Positions 49,218-58,066 of a stretch of DNA of 64,000 nt are shown here, piece after piece. The notes beneath the pieces were generated by a model. That model had not been told where the DNA came from. It saw only the letters and a program-made list of their open reading frames with translations, and made no database searches. Origin of the DNA: Tepidisphaera sp. (GTDB lineage: Bacteria > Planctomycetota > Phycisphaerae > Phycisphaerales > UBA1924); the NCBI GenBank assembly GCA_050916045.1, contig CP051526.1, positions 3,840,001 through 3,904,000 of the forward strand. Direction: 5' to 3'. The position numbers were made by a program, and so were the translations under genes. Position 1 is the stretch's first letter; every line of letters begins with the position of its first letter.

Positions 49218-49883
49218 TCAGCAACCGGCTTCGAAGCCCGCGACGAAATCGTCGTAGTCGAAGAAGTCGACGAACCCGTCGCCGTTGACGTCCGCGCCGT
49301 CGCGGCAGGGCGGCGTCGGCCCGCCCTCGTACGCGGTCACGAAGTCGTCATAGTCGAAGAAATCCAGGAACCCGTCGCAGTTGAAGTCCGCCGGGCACGA
49401 CGTTCCGACGAAGCGGGTCGGGTCGTCCAGATTGATCCAGCCAACGTTCTCACCCCAGGCATATCCGCGCAGACGGGCGCTGGCACCGTCGTACCGGGCC
49501 TGTTGAGCCGCCGGAAGCGTCGCGTGCGGGCCGAAGTTGATCCAGCCGATGTTCTCGCCCCAGCCCAAGCCGCCGAGACGGTTGTCGGGAAGCACGTTGA
49601 CGCCACAGTCCGCGCCGTTCACGTTCGAGTAGGCCGCACCATTCGCCGGTGTGCCGTCGCCGAGGTTCACATACCCGACGTTCTCGCACCAGATGAACCC
49701 CGACAGCACGTCGGGGTTGAGCAGGACGCCCTGTGAACCCGCGGGGCTGCCCGCGTCACGCCAGTTCATCCAGCCGATGTTCTCGCCCCACGAGAACTTG
49801 TTGGTCGTGTCGATGTTGGAGGTCTGTGCAAACGCTGCGGGAGCGAGGACGGCGGCGGAGATGACGATCATCAAGCGATTCAT
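49218..49883 (-). CDS. Secreted WGENxGW-repeat protein with dockerin-like tail
   Basis: WGENIGW, WCENVGY, WGENIGW, WGENVGW; ends EAGC. Confidence 0.85.
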   Translation of the reverse strand: MNRLMIVISAAVLAPAAFAQTSNIDTTNKFSWGENIGWMNWRDAGSPAGSQGVLLNPDVLSGFIWCENVGYVNLGDGTPANGAAYSNVNGADCGVNVLPDNRLGGLGWGENIGWINFGPHATLPAAQQARYDGASARLRGYAWGENVGWINLDDPTRFVGTSCPADFNCDGFLDFFDYDDFVTAYEGGPTPPCRDGADVNGDGFVDFFDYDDFVAGFEAGC

Positions 49884-50320
49884 GGTGGACTTCCTGTGGA
49901 TGGCGCCCGGGGCTCCCGGAAGCATTTCGAGCGAATCCGACGGGAAAGGCTAACGCATCAGGGGAGTGGTTGCAAGAGCGAAACGGTCGAACGCTGCAAA
50001 GTTGGGAATCCAGCTCGGCGAGAGGGATTCCCACCTTTAGGGGCGGGCCGCTCTGGATGATCCGAGTTATTGGCACTTGGGCAACAGAGCCGTCACACCG
50101 GGGCTGCGGGCCGATCCGTCGGAGCCCGCGGGCGGGTTCAGCGGCCCCGCCACCAGCGCGCCGACGGCAAGCAGAGAAAGGGTCGAAACGACGATCTTCT
50201 TCGAATGCTTCATAAACCACTCCTCTCGCGTGCCGATCCGGGGCGACGCTCAACCTCAGTGCGAGCACAGCGCCGCCGGAAGCTGAAACACATCAGCCGA
50301 CTCCGCGCTGGCTCAAGCGC

Positions 50321-50599
50321 CTAAGCCAAGGTCCGGAGCATGACGACGAACGCGACCGCGTTGAACGCGATCGGGAACGATCCCACGCCGACGGCGTACC
50401 ACGGACGCCCGAAAACCATGAGACATGCGGCCGCCGCAACACTCAGCAACGTCACGATCAGGATCGTGAGCATCCAGGCTTTGATCTGCGCCAGTTGTTC
50501 CGGTTTGCTGTTGGGTGAGCCGGCGAGGAGCAGGGTCAGGAGCATGACCGAGGCGAAGATGCCGCAGCCGGTCGCGAGCAGAGCGAGAACGTACGTCAT
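50321..50599 (-). CDS. Small three-TM membrane protein
   Basis: Three hydrophobic segments; AAGGAAG upstream. Confidence 0.6.
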   Translation of the reverse strand: MTYVLALLATGCGIFASVMLLTLLLAGSPNSKPEQLAQIKAWMLTILIVTLLSVAAAACLMVFGRPWYAVGVGSFPIAFNAVAFVVMLRTLA

Positions 50600-50629
50600 G
50601 GTGGTGCGCTTCCTTGCTTTCGGGCGAGT

Positions 50630-51559
50630 TCACTCGGCCGGGGTGTATCCGAGGATCGAGACCAATCGGGCGAGATCGGCGACCCGGCCTTCTGCGGCCC
50701 GCTCGGCTTCGTCTTCGGTGTGCGGCTCGGGACAGGCTCCCCACCACCAGGCTTTGGCCCGGCGGAAAGTCGTCTCGACTCGATCCTTGTCGCGGCCAAG
50801 CTCTCCCGAAGCAACGAGGGCTTTCAGCCGGCGTTCGTACATCCTCGCGATCTCGACCGCGCCGTAGATCGACGCATCGGCTTGCTGGATCACGCGCTCG
50901 GCCGCGTCATAGTCGTCCTCCGCCAGAGACCGCTCGGCGATCACGAGCGCTTCCGCACGCTTGGCGGCGAGCTCCTGCCGGAACGCTTCCATCTGCTCGG
51001 GTGTCGCCGCGTCTTCCTTCCTCCAGCCGATGGCAGTGGTCGTGTCCACATCTCGCGTCTGTCCCATCGGCCGCGCCAGCACGATCGAACGAACCGCCCG
51101 CTCCAAAGCCTCGCCAAAGCTCGGCCACATCACCGCTGGACACATCGCGTGGGCCGTGATGAACCTGCCGCCGTCCTCGAACGCGACCAGCGTGAACCGC
51201 AGCGGCGTCCCGTCTTGCTCCTGGTCGCCGTCTGCAAAGATCGCCCGCTGACCGCCCGCGACCGTGTCCGTCCGGACATTGCGGAGCGACATGCCGAAGT
51301 GCCCCGCGAGATACCGCATCCATTGGAGCACGCTCCCCGTTTCGTAGACCGGTCGGGCCGCGACCGCGACGAGCACCAAAGCCACCGGCGAAACGACCAT
51401 CGCGAGCGGGAACGACACCGTTGTGTTGTCGAAATCGGGCTCTTCCTGCGGAAGCTCCGGCCGGACGAAGTCCGGGGGAACGTCGATCGTGAACTCGAGG
51501 TCCGCGATGCGAGCGGGAAAGCGGGTCGATACAAGTTCGATCGGCTGGGTCTTTGTCAT
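50630..51559 (-). CDS. Hypothetical protein, possible Mog1/PsbP-like N-domain plus helical C-domain
   Basis: FTIDVPPDF...FITAHAMCP...FGEALERAVRSI pattern; fold assignment tentative. Confidence 0.55.
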   Translation of the reverse strand: MTKTQPIELVSTRFPARIADLEFTIDVPPDFVRPELPQEEPDFDNTTVSFPLAMVVSPVALVLVAVAARPVYETGSVLQWMRYLAGHFGMSLRNVRTDTVAGGQRAIFADGDQEQDGTPLRFTLVAFEDGGRFITAHAMCPAVMWPSFGEALERAVRSIVLARPMGQTRDVDTTTAIGWRKEDAATPEQMEAFRQELAAKRAEALVIAERSLAEDDYDAAERVIQQADASIYGAVEIARMYERRLKALVASGELGRDKDRVETTFRRAKAWWWGACPEPHTEDEAERAAEGRVADLARLVSILGYTPAE

Positions 51560-51684
51560 GGCATTCCCGGCTGTGCGAGCGGCGGGAGTACCCCCCCACC
51601 GCCGGACAGTGCGAGAATCCGGGTCACCGGGGCTAAACTCCTGTTGGAGCGGCCGACTGAGGCTCTCCGAGCACTGGAGGACCG

Positions 51685-52842
51685 ATGCGGGCGATCGTGA
51701 CCGGGCAGATCGGGATGGAGAAGAAGCCTTACCTCGACGCGGTCGCGCGCTTCGCGGGCCAGCAGGGTGAGCCCCTCTCCCTCTTCCACGTGGGCGACAT
51801 GATGTACGCCGAGGGGACCGACGTCCGCGCCGGCCGCATCCTCGATCTCCCCATCTCCCGCCTGAACTCCCTCCGCCGGGCCGCCTTCAAGGACATCATC
51901 GCCGAGACCGCGACCGGCGGCCCCGGCGGCCAGCCGCTCGACAACTTCATCGTCAACACCCACGCCACCTTCCGCTGGCGGCACGGGCTCTTCTCCGCTT
52001 TCGATTACGACCAGGTGCAGAAGCTCCAGCCCGAGGTCTTCATCTGCCTCGTGGACAACATCGAGGTCGTCCACCACCGCTTGCACCGCGAGCACGACAT
52101 CGACGCGACCCTCAAGGACTGCATGGTCTGGCGCGAGGAGGAGATCCTCGCGACCGAGCTCCTGAGCAAGTCCATCCCCGGGAGCCAGTTCTACATCATG
52201 GCTCGCGGCCGCCACGCTCTGACCACCCGGACCATGTTCCGCCTGGTCTGCCGCCCCAAGATGAAGAAGGTCTACCCCTCCTTCCCGATGTCGCACGTCA
52301 TGGACATGCCCGACATCATGGCCGAGATCGACCGGTTCCGAGCCGCTCTCGCCGACCACTTCATCACGTTTGATCCGGGCGATGTCGACGAGAAACTCCT
52401 CCTCGACCGTGGCATCGTCGCCGCCCGCGAGGGCAAGGAGTTCCTCGATGTCACCCCGCACACCTTCGGCGGGTCCAAAGCCGCTCCCGAGTCCATCAAG
52501 GTCCGCGTCCGCGAGATCCTCGACATCGCCGGCGACATCGACGGCCAGATCTACATGCGGGACTTCCGACTCGTCGATCAGTCCGACATGATCGTGAGCT
52601 ACATCCCCGAGATCCCCGACGGCAAAGGCGGCGGCATCCCGGGACTCTCAAGCGGCGTCGAACGCGAACTCCACCACGCTTTTGAGCACACCAAGGAAGT
52701 CTTCGTCGTCTGGAAGCCCAAGAAGCCGCCGAGCCCGTTCATCACCGAGACCGCGACCAAGATCTTCAGCAGCGTGGATGAAGCTCTGAAGTACTTCGAG
52801 CAGAACGGGTACTTCGCGGACAAGAACCTGTTCGGGCACTGA
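51685..52842 (+). CDS. NMP-kinase-like (archaeal AdkA-like) domain fused to a nucleoside 2-deoxyribosyltransferase-like domain
   Basis: IVTGQIGMEKK, IVNTHATF; RDFRLVDQSD...SSGVERELHHA; GGAGG RBS. Confidence 0.6.
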   Translation: MRAIVTGQIGMEKKPYLDAVARFAGQQGEPLSLFHVGDMMYAEGTDVRAGRILDLPISRLNSLRRAAFKDIIAETATGGPGGQPLDNFIVNTHATFRWRHGLFSAFDYDQVQKLQPEVFICLVDNIEVVHHRLHREHDIDATLKDCMVWREEEILATELLSKSIPGSQFYIMARGRHALTTRTMFRLVCRPKMKKVYPSFPMSHVMDMPDIMAEIDRFRAALADHFITFDPGDVDEKLLLDRGIVAAREGKEFLDVTPHTFGGSKAAPESIKVRVREILDIAGDIDGQIYMRDFRLVDQSDMIVSYIPEIPDGKGGGIPGLSSGVERELHHAFEHTKEVFVVWKPKKPPSPFITETATKIFSSVDEALKYFEQNGYFADKNLFGH

Positions 52843-52871
52843 TGACCCGCCGCTCCTCCAGAGTTGCGGCT

Positions 52872-53549
52872 TCAGCAAAAGTGGATGAGGATGCCGGTTT
52901 CGACCGATCGTCGCGCCACATCGAGCAGATTGACGAGGGGTCGTGCCTCCTCCATGAATCTGCCCCATCCTGGCGGACAAGCTTCCGGTACATCCCACTC
53001 GAAAAAGCGATCATCGTCCGCGACGACGTCGGCAGGCACTCCGATGCTCCATCGGAGCAACTCCAGCTCCTGAAGTAGGCGCACCGAAGATCCAACGCTG
53101 TACTGCACATCGTCCTTCAACAACCAAAGAGGATTGGGAAAATCGAAGGGAAGATAAACCCCGTCCGAATCCCCGTGGTGGACGAGATGGTCAAACGACG
53201 GCCCCGGCGAATCCGTCGGAATCACCTCGAACACGGTCGGCGAAAGCATGCGTCCATGGCTTTGATCTGCATACTGCTGCAGAATCGGATCGGAACTCGC
53301 GTTGCCCTTTCCGATCGGCGTCGGAGCCCGATCCGCTCGCAGATACGCAGCGTACCGCCGGACCCGGTGCAATGCGGAGTAAGACCCGATCGCACGACCG
53401 CTGGTTTCGTCGTCATCTTCAACCTTGGCCGATTCGATGTAGTCGGGTAGTCCCGCCGCACGCGTGACCTCAGCGATCTGCTGACGAATCTGCTCCGCCC
53501 AATCCGCTTGATCCTCGCCGGGCAAGCCGAGATCTGCAACCAATCCCAT
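52872..53549 (-). CDS. Hypothetical protein, visibly lower GC
   Basis: AGGAG RBS; FDHLVHHGDSDGVYLPFDF motif. Confidence 0.65.
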   Translation of the reverse strand: MGLVADLGLPGEDQADWAEQIRQQIAEVTRAAGLPDYIESAKVEDDDETSGRAIGSYSALHRVRRYAAYLRADRAPTPIGKGNASSDPILQQYADQSHGRMLSPTVFEVIPTDSPGPSFDHLVHHGDSDGVYLPFDFPNPLWLLKDDVQYSVGSSVRLLQELELLRWSIGVPADVVADDDRFFEWDVPEACPPGWGRFMEEARPLVNLLDVARRSVETGILIHFC

Positions 53550-53597
53550 GGTCCGACACTCCTATCGGCCGCTTTACATCAAGGGAAGAGCGAACGC

Positions 53598-53816
53598 CTA
53601 ATCACCAAGCCGCTTCGGCTTCGCCGGCACCACCTCATCAACCACCCGCCGCCTAAGCGTGATCTTCCCAGCCTCCGTCTCGACCATCTGCTCGTGGACC
53701 TCTTCGCGCACGACCACCGGCTTGGGCGCGGTCACGTCCGTCTTCGCGGCATCGACGAGGATGCCGAAGAACTCGCCGAGTGAGCGGGCAAGGGGTTTCT
53801 TCTTCGGCTTGGTCAT
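53598..53816 (-). CDS. Small hypothetical protein
   Basis: RSLGEFFG...ITLRRRVVDEV; directly downstream of nuoE. Confidence 0.6.
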   Translation of the reverse strand: MTKPKKKPLARSLGEFFGILVDAAKTDVTAPKPVVVREEVHEQMVETEAGKITLRRRVVDEVVPAKPKRLGD

Positions 53817-53842
53817 CAGGCACCCCGATACGGACAGCCCGA

Positions 53843-54388
53843 TCAGTGATGATCATGCTTGGCATGCTTGCACTCGTCGAGGGCTTTGAGCGCCTTCTCC
53901 GGCGTCAGCCACTCCGCGAGCTTCTCATCAAACAACGCGACCGGAGCCGAGTCGCACGACCCCAAGCACTCGACCTCGACCAGCGTGAACTGGCCATCCT
54001 CGGTCGTCTCGCCGACGTCGATCCCGAGCTTGGCTTTGATCGTGTCGGTGATCTTGGCGTAGTTGTGGCATTCGCACGCGATCGAGCGGCAGACCGCGAT
54101 CAGGTGCTTGCCCTTGGGCTTGAGCCAGTATTCCTCGTAGAAGCTGGCGGTGTCGTAGACATCGCTGGGCTTGAGTTTGAGGATCTCCGCGATTTCGATC
54201 ATCGCCTGCGGGGGGATCCAGCCGTAGGTGTGCTGGACCTCGTGCAAGCACGGGAGCATCGCCCCCATCGAGTTCTCGTACCGGGGCAGGATCGTCTGCG
54301 TGATCTTCTGCTTGATCGCCGGCGTGAGATAAGGCTCCGCCCGACGCTCAATCTGCATGCTGCCCGAGGGTTTCGTGATCCAAGCCAT
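53843..54388 (-). CDS. nuoE: NADH-quinone oxidoreductase subunit E
   Basis: LHEVQHTYGWI, SFY, VCRSIAC...ECLGSC (2Fe-2S ligands). Confidence 0.9.
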   Translation of the reverse strand: MAWITKPSGSMQIERRAEPYLTPAIKQKITQTILPRYENSMGAMLPCLHEVQHTYGWIPPQAMIEIAEILKLKPSDVYDTASFYEEYWLKPKGKHLIAVCRSIACECHNYAKITDTIKAKLGIDVGETTEDGQFTLVEVECLGSCDSAPVALFDEKLAEWLTPEKALKALDECKHAKHDHH

Positions 54389-54424
54389 AGACCCAAAGGT
54401 AGCACGGGCCTCCCGCCCGTGTCT

Positions 54425-54799
54425 TCAGGGCCTCGGCACCCAGTCGATCCGAAGCCTGCCCGACTGGTCCTTCGTCACCGTCACGATCGTCGTGCCCGGC
54501 GTCAGGTTCACCTGCTGGGGCGGCCCGCCCTTGCCGGGCGTGTCGATGGACAGAAACATCGCCCACTCGTCCGGAACCGCGTACTTCGCGACCCCGCGGC
54601 GGTCTCCCGGCGGGATCCGCTCTTCCGCCACGACGACGTTGTTTCCCGCGCCGCCGGCACGCACGAGCTGAGCATAAAGCGGCTCGCCCGAATCGTTCCG
54701 CACGTCCGCGACGTACCCCGACTTACACCCCGCCAGCGCCAAAGCCAAGCCCGCCGCCGCCACTCCCAACGCCCGACCGAACTGATTCCGAATGCCCAT
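54425..54799 (-). CDS. Small lipoprotein
   Basis: LALAGC lipobox; AGGAG RBS. Confidence 0.7.
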   Translation of the reverse strand: MGIRNQFGRALGVAAAGLALALAGCKSGYVADVRNDSGEPLYAQLVRAGGAGNNVVVAEERIPPGDRRGVAKYAVPDEWAMFLSIDTPGKGGPPQQVNLTPGTTIVTVTKDQSGRLRIDWVPRP

Positions 54800-54920
54800 C
54801 GGTGCTCTCCTTGTGCTCCCACATCCGACGCCGACCGATCTTAGCGGTTCCAAACATCCGGCGCGGAGTCCGCGTAGAGTGACCCGAGCCGGGGCCCAAC
54901 CGCTCACGCCGAGGTTCACC

Positions 54921-56396
54921 ATGACCCGCCATCCTCTCGCCCTCATCGTTCTCGCCACAGCCATCCCCCTCACCGGGTGCTTCAGCTCCGGCCCCAAGCC
55001 CGCCGCCGACGGCAGCAGCGCGGACGGGTTCCGCAACCGTCTGGGTGGCTCTTCCGGAGACTCAGGCCAGGACGACACCCCCGACGACGACCGCCCGCAG
55101 ATCACGATCCGTCAGATCGACGCGTGGACGGACGCTTTCGCCGACCGCTGGGCTTCGTACATCCAGGACGCGACCACCCGCCTGATCGACGAGAACTCGA
55201 CGCCTGAACAGCGTCGAGCCGCACTGACGCTCAAGTCCACCTCGATCAGCTCGGTGTACGACATCGCCGTTCGCAACGACCCCCTCACCCAGCTTCTCGA
55301 CATGGTCGTGCTCGCTTCCCTCGAGAACAGGGTGTGGGTGACCGAAGGCCTGGCCGAGCGCATCTTCGGCGACAAAGCCCCGATCCTCACCGACGCGATC
55401 TCCGCGCTCTACGCCGACATCAGCGTCACCTCCATCAACGCCATGAACGGTGAGCAGTACGACCTGCTCATGGACACCATCGGCGACTGGCGCCAGCAGA
55501 ACCCCGAGATCCGCGCGGTCGAGTTCGTCCGGTTCTCCGAGTTCGCCGCCGCCAGCGCCGCCGACATCCGCCAGCAGATCCGCTCCTCGGGCCTCTTTGC
55601 TCCCATCGACGACGCCACCCGCGTCGCGGAAGAGCTCAAGCAGCTCGGACAATCCGGCATGTGGGTCGGCATCCGCGCCCCGCAGCTCCTGTCGTGGCAG
55701 ACCGAAGGCCTCGTCGACCAGATCCTCGCCCGGCCCGAGATCGCCCGGGCCCTCTCCGCCGATCAAGGCATCGCCGCGTCCGCCGACCGCATCAGCCGCG
55801 TCGCCGCCAAGCTCCCCGACGACATCAAAGCCGAACGCGAAGCCATCCTGAAAGCCTTCGACGAACGCGAGCAGAAGCTCAACTCCGCCGTCAAGGAAGT
55901 CCGCGGGACCATCGACGACACCCGCAAGCTCCTCGCCGACACCGAGCCCATGCTCAAAAACACCGAGCAAGTCGTCAAATCCGTCGACACCGTCGTCAAG
56001 AGCGCCCAAGAGCTCACCAAAGCCCTCACCGAGACCGTCAACGCCGCCGACAAGATCGCAGCCCGATTCGACAAGCCCGCGCCCCCCGGGGCGGTCCAAA
56101 GCCAAGCCGCCGCTCAGGAATTCAAGATCGCCGAGTACACCCAGGCCGCGGACAAACTCACCCTCGCCGTCAAAGAGCTCAACACCCTCGTCGCGTCCGC
56201 GAACGGGCTGGTCGCTTCCCCGGCCTGGCAAACCCGCCTCGACGAGATCGACGCCCTGGGCAGGAAGCAGATCGCCGACGCCGAGCACCGCGCGGTGAAC
56301 CTCTCGGACGCCATCTTCTGGCGTGCTCTCATCCTGATCGGAGCGTTCTTCGCAGGCCTGTGCGGATGGACGGTGCTGAAGTGGAAACTTCGCTAA
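54921..56396 (+). CDS. Lipoprotein with coiled coil and C-terminal TM helix
   Basis: LTGC lipobox; long helical region; FWRALILIGAFFAGLCGW. Confidence 0.75.
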   Translation: MTRHPLALIVLATAIPLTGCFSSGPKPAADGSSADGFRNRLGGSSGDSGQDDTPDDDRPQITIRQIDAWTDAFADRWASYIQDATTRLIDENSTPEQRRAALTLKSTSISSVYDIAVRNDPLTQLLDMVVLASLENRVWVTEGLAERIFGDKAPILTDAISALYADISVTSINAMNGEQYDLLMDTIGDWRQQNPEIRAVEFVRFSEFAAASAADIRQQIRSSGLFAPIDDATRVAEELKQLGQSGMWVGIRAPQLLSWQTEGLVDQILARPEIARALSADQGIAASADRISRVAAKLPDDIKAEREAILKAFDEREQKLNSAVKEVRGTIDDTRKLLADTEPMLKNTEQVVKSVDTVVKSAQELTKALTETVNAADKIAARFDKPAPPGAVQSQAAAQEFKIAEYTQAADKLTLAVKELNTLVASANGLVASPAWQTRLDEIDALGRKQIADAEHRAVNLSDAIFWRALILIGAFFAGLCGWTVLKWKLR

Positions 56397-56426
56397 GCCC
56401 TCCGGCCGCTGCGGCGTGAGCCTTTC

Positions 56427-57995
56427 TCAGCAGCCCAGCTCGAAGTCCTGCACGAACTGGTCGTAGTCGAAGAAGTCCACGAAGTCATCACCGTTCTGGT
56501 CCGCCGAAGCGCACGGCGGGCAAACACCGGTCTCAAAGCACTCGACATACGCGTCGTAGTCGAAGAAATCGATGAACCCGTCCGCGTTGAAATCGCCGGG
56601 GCAGCCCGAAGGAGCGGGCACACCAGAGGCGTTGATGATGCCGTAACCGTGGACAAAGAGCGGGTCGTGAACTCCCCCGCGGCTTGCGGAAGAGAAGAGC
56701 GCGGCGCGGACCTGGCCGACGGTCCAGCACGGGTGCTCACCGATGATGCAAGCGACGGCGGCGGCGACCAGCGGGGTGCTCAGGCTTGTCCCGCTCACCT
56801 CGCCGATGTCGGTGTTGTTGCGGCTTGAGACGGTCCGCGTGCTCACGCCTCGAGCGAGCACCTCGGGCTTGACGCGTCCGTCGGCCGTCGGCCCGTCGGA
56901 GCTGAACCCCGCGATGTTCCCCGCCGAGTCCACCGCGCCGCAGGTGATCACATCCATCGCGTCCGCCGGAGCGATCAGGTGGCTCGTCGCGGGATTGGCG
57001 TCGTTGCCCTCGTTGCCGGCGGCGGTGACACAGATGATCCCGTTCTCGGTGGCGATGTTCACGGCGATGGTCGTGACGGCGGTCCGACCGTCGAGATCGC
57101 TCTGCGTGTACCAATCGATGTACCCCAGACTGCTCGTGCAGACGTCCGCGCCGTGCTGATCGGCGAACTCAAGCCCCGCGACGTAGTTGTCCTCTTCGAC
57201 GGGTGTCTCGCTCGCGACGTCCTCGGTCTTGCAGAGAATCACGGAAGCGTCGTACGCGCCTCCGACCAGGGTGTCGGGCCAGTAGGCCGAGATGCACCCC
57301 AGGATCCAGGTTCCGTGCCGGTGCTGCTCGGAATTGTCGCCCGCTTGGATCCCCACCACGCCGTCGCCGTCCACGAAGTCGTAGCTCGCGATGACATCAA
57401 GCGGCCGCCCCGGCGCGTTGAACGCCGTGTGCGTCGTCACAAACCCGGTGTCGAGGATCCCGATCCGGACGTTCCGTCCCGTCCCGCCCCGGTTGTGCAC
57501 GGGGAAAAGCCCGATCTGTCCCACCTGCTCGGACGCGAACCCGTAGAAATCGCGGCTCGCGAAATCCTCGGGCGTCACGACGGTTTCCGCGGGCCGGTTG
57601 ACCGTCCCGCCGCGCACCGGCGCGACGCTCGTCACCGAGGGGAGCGTGCGGATTGCGGCGAGCTGCTCGGGCGTCGCGACAACGCTGACGGCGTTCAGCC
57701 AGCGGCTCCGCTGGTGCACACGGGCGCCCGTCGCCGCGATCGCCTGTTCGTACGAAGACGCAACCGGCAGATCGCGAGCGTCAAACAGCCCCGGCGCGGT
57801 CCGCCGGAGCTCACGACGTTTCACGGCGTGCGGATCGGCCGAAGCGATGAGCCGCTCGATCGCGCCGCGCTCGGCGGCCGGATCCTGATACCCCTTGTCC
57901 GCGAGGTACACCCAGTAGCGCGGCTCCGAAGCGTTCACCTGACCCGCAACCAGCGCCAACCCGGCAGCCACCGAAACCACAAAGCCGTTCATCAT
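56427..57995 (-). CDS. S8 serine peptidase with dockerin-like tail
   Basis: ILDTG, HGT, AAGN, GTSLSTP; ends ELGC. Confidence 0.92.
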   Translation of the reverse strand: MMNGFVVSVAAGLALVAGQVNASEPRYWVYLADKGYQDPAAERGAIERLIASADPHAVKRRELRRTAPGLFDARDLPVASSYEQAIAATGARVHQRSRWLNAVSVVATPEQLAAIRTLPSVTSVAPVRGGTVNRPAETVVTPEDFASRDFYGFASEQVGQIGLFPVHNRGGTGRNVRIGILDTGFVTTHTAFNAPGRPLDVIASYDFVDGDGVVGIQAGDNSEQHRHGTWILGCISAYWPDTLVGGAYDASVILCKTEDVASETPVEEDNYVAGLEFADQHGADVCTSSLGYIDWYTQSDLDGRTAVTTIAVNIATENGIICVTAAGNEGNDANPATSHLIAPADAMDVITCGAVDSAGNIAGFSSDGPTADGRVKPEVLARGVSTRTVSSRNNTDIGEVSGTSLSTPLVAAAVACIIGEHPCWTVGQVRAALFSSASRGGVHDPLFVHGYGIINASGVPAPSGCPGDFNADGFIDFFDYDAYVECFETGVCPPCASADQNGDDFVDFFDYDQFVQDFELGC

Positions 57996-58066
57996 CGCTC
58001 GCTCCGAATGAAACAGGCCGCGGGGACTCCGCAGCCTGTGAGTGAAACCCCTCAACCGATCACGCG

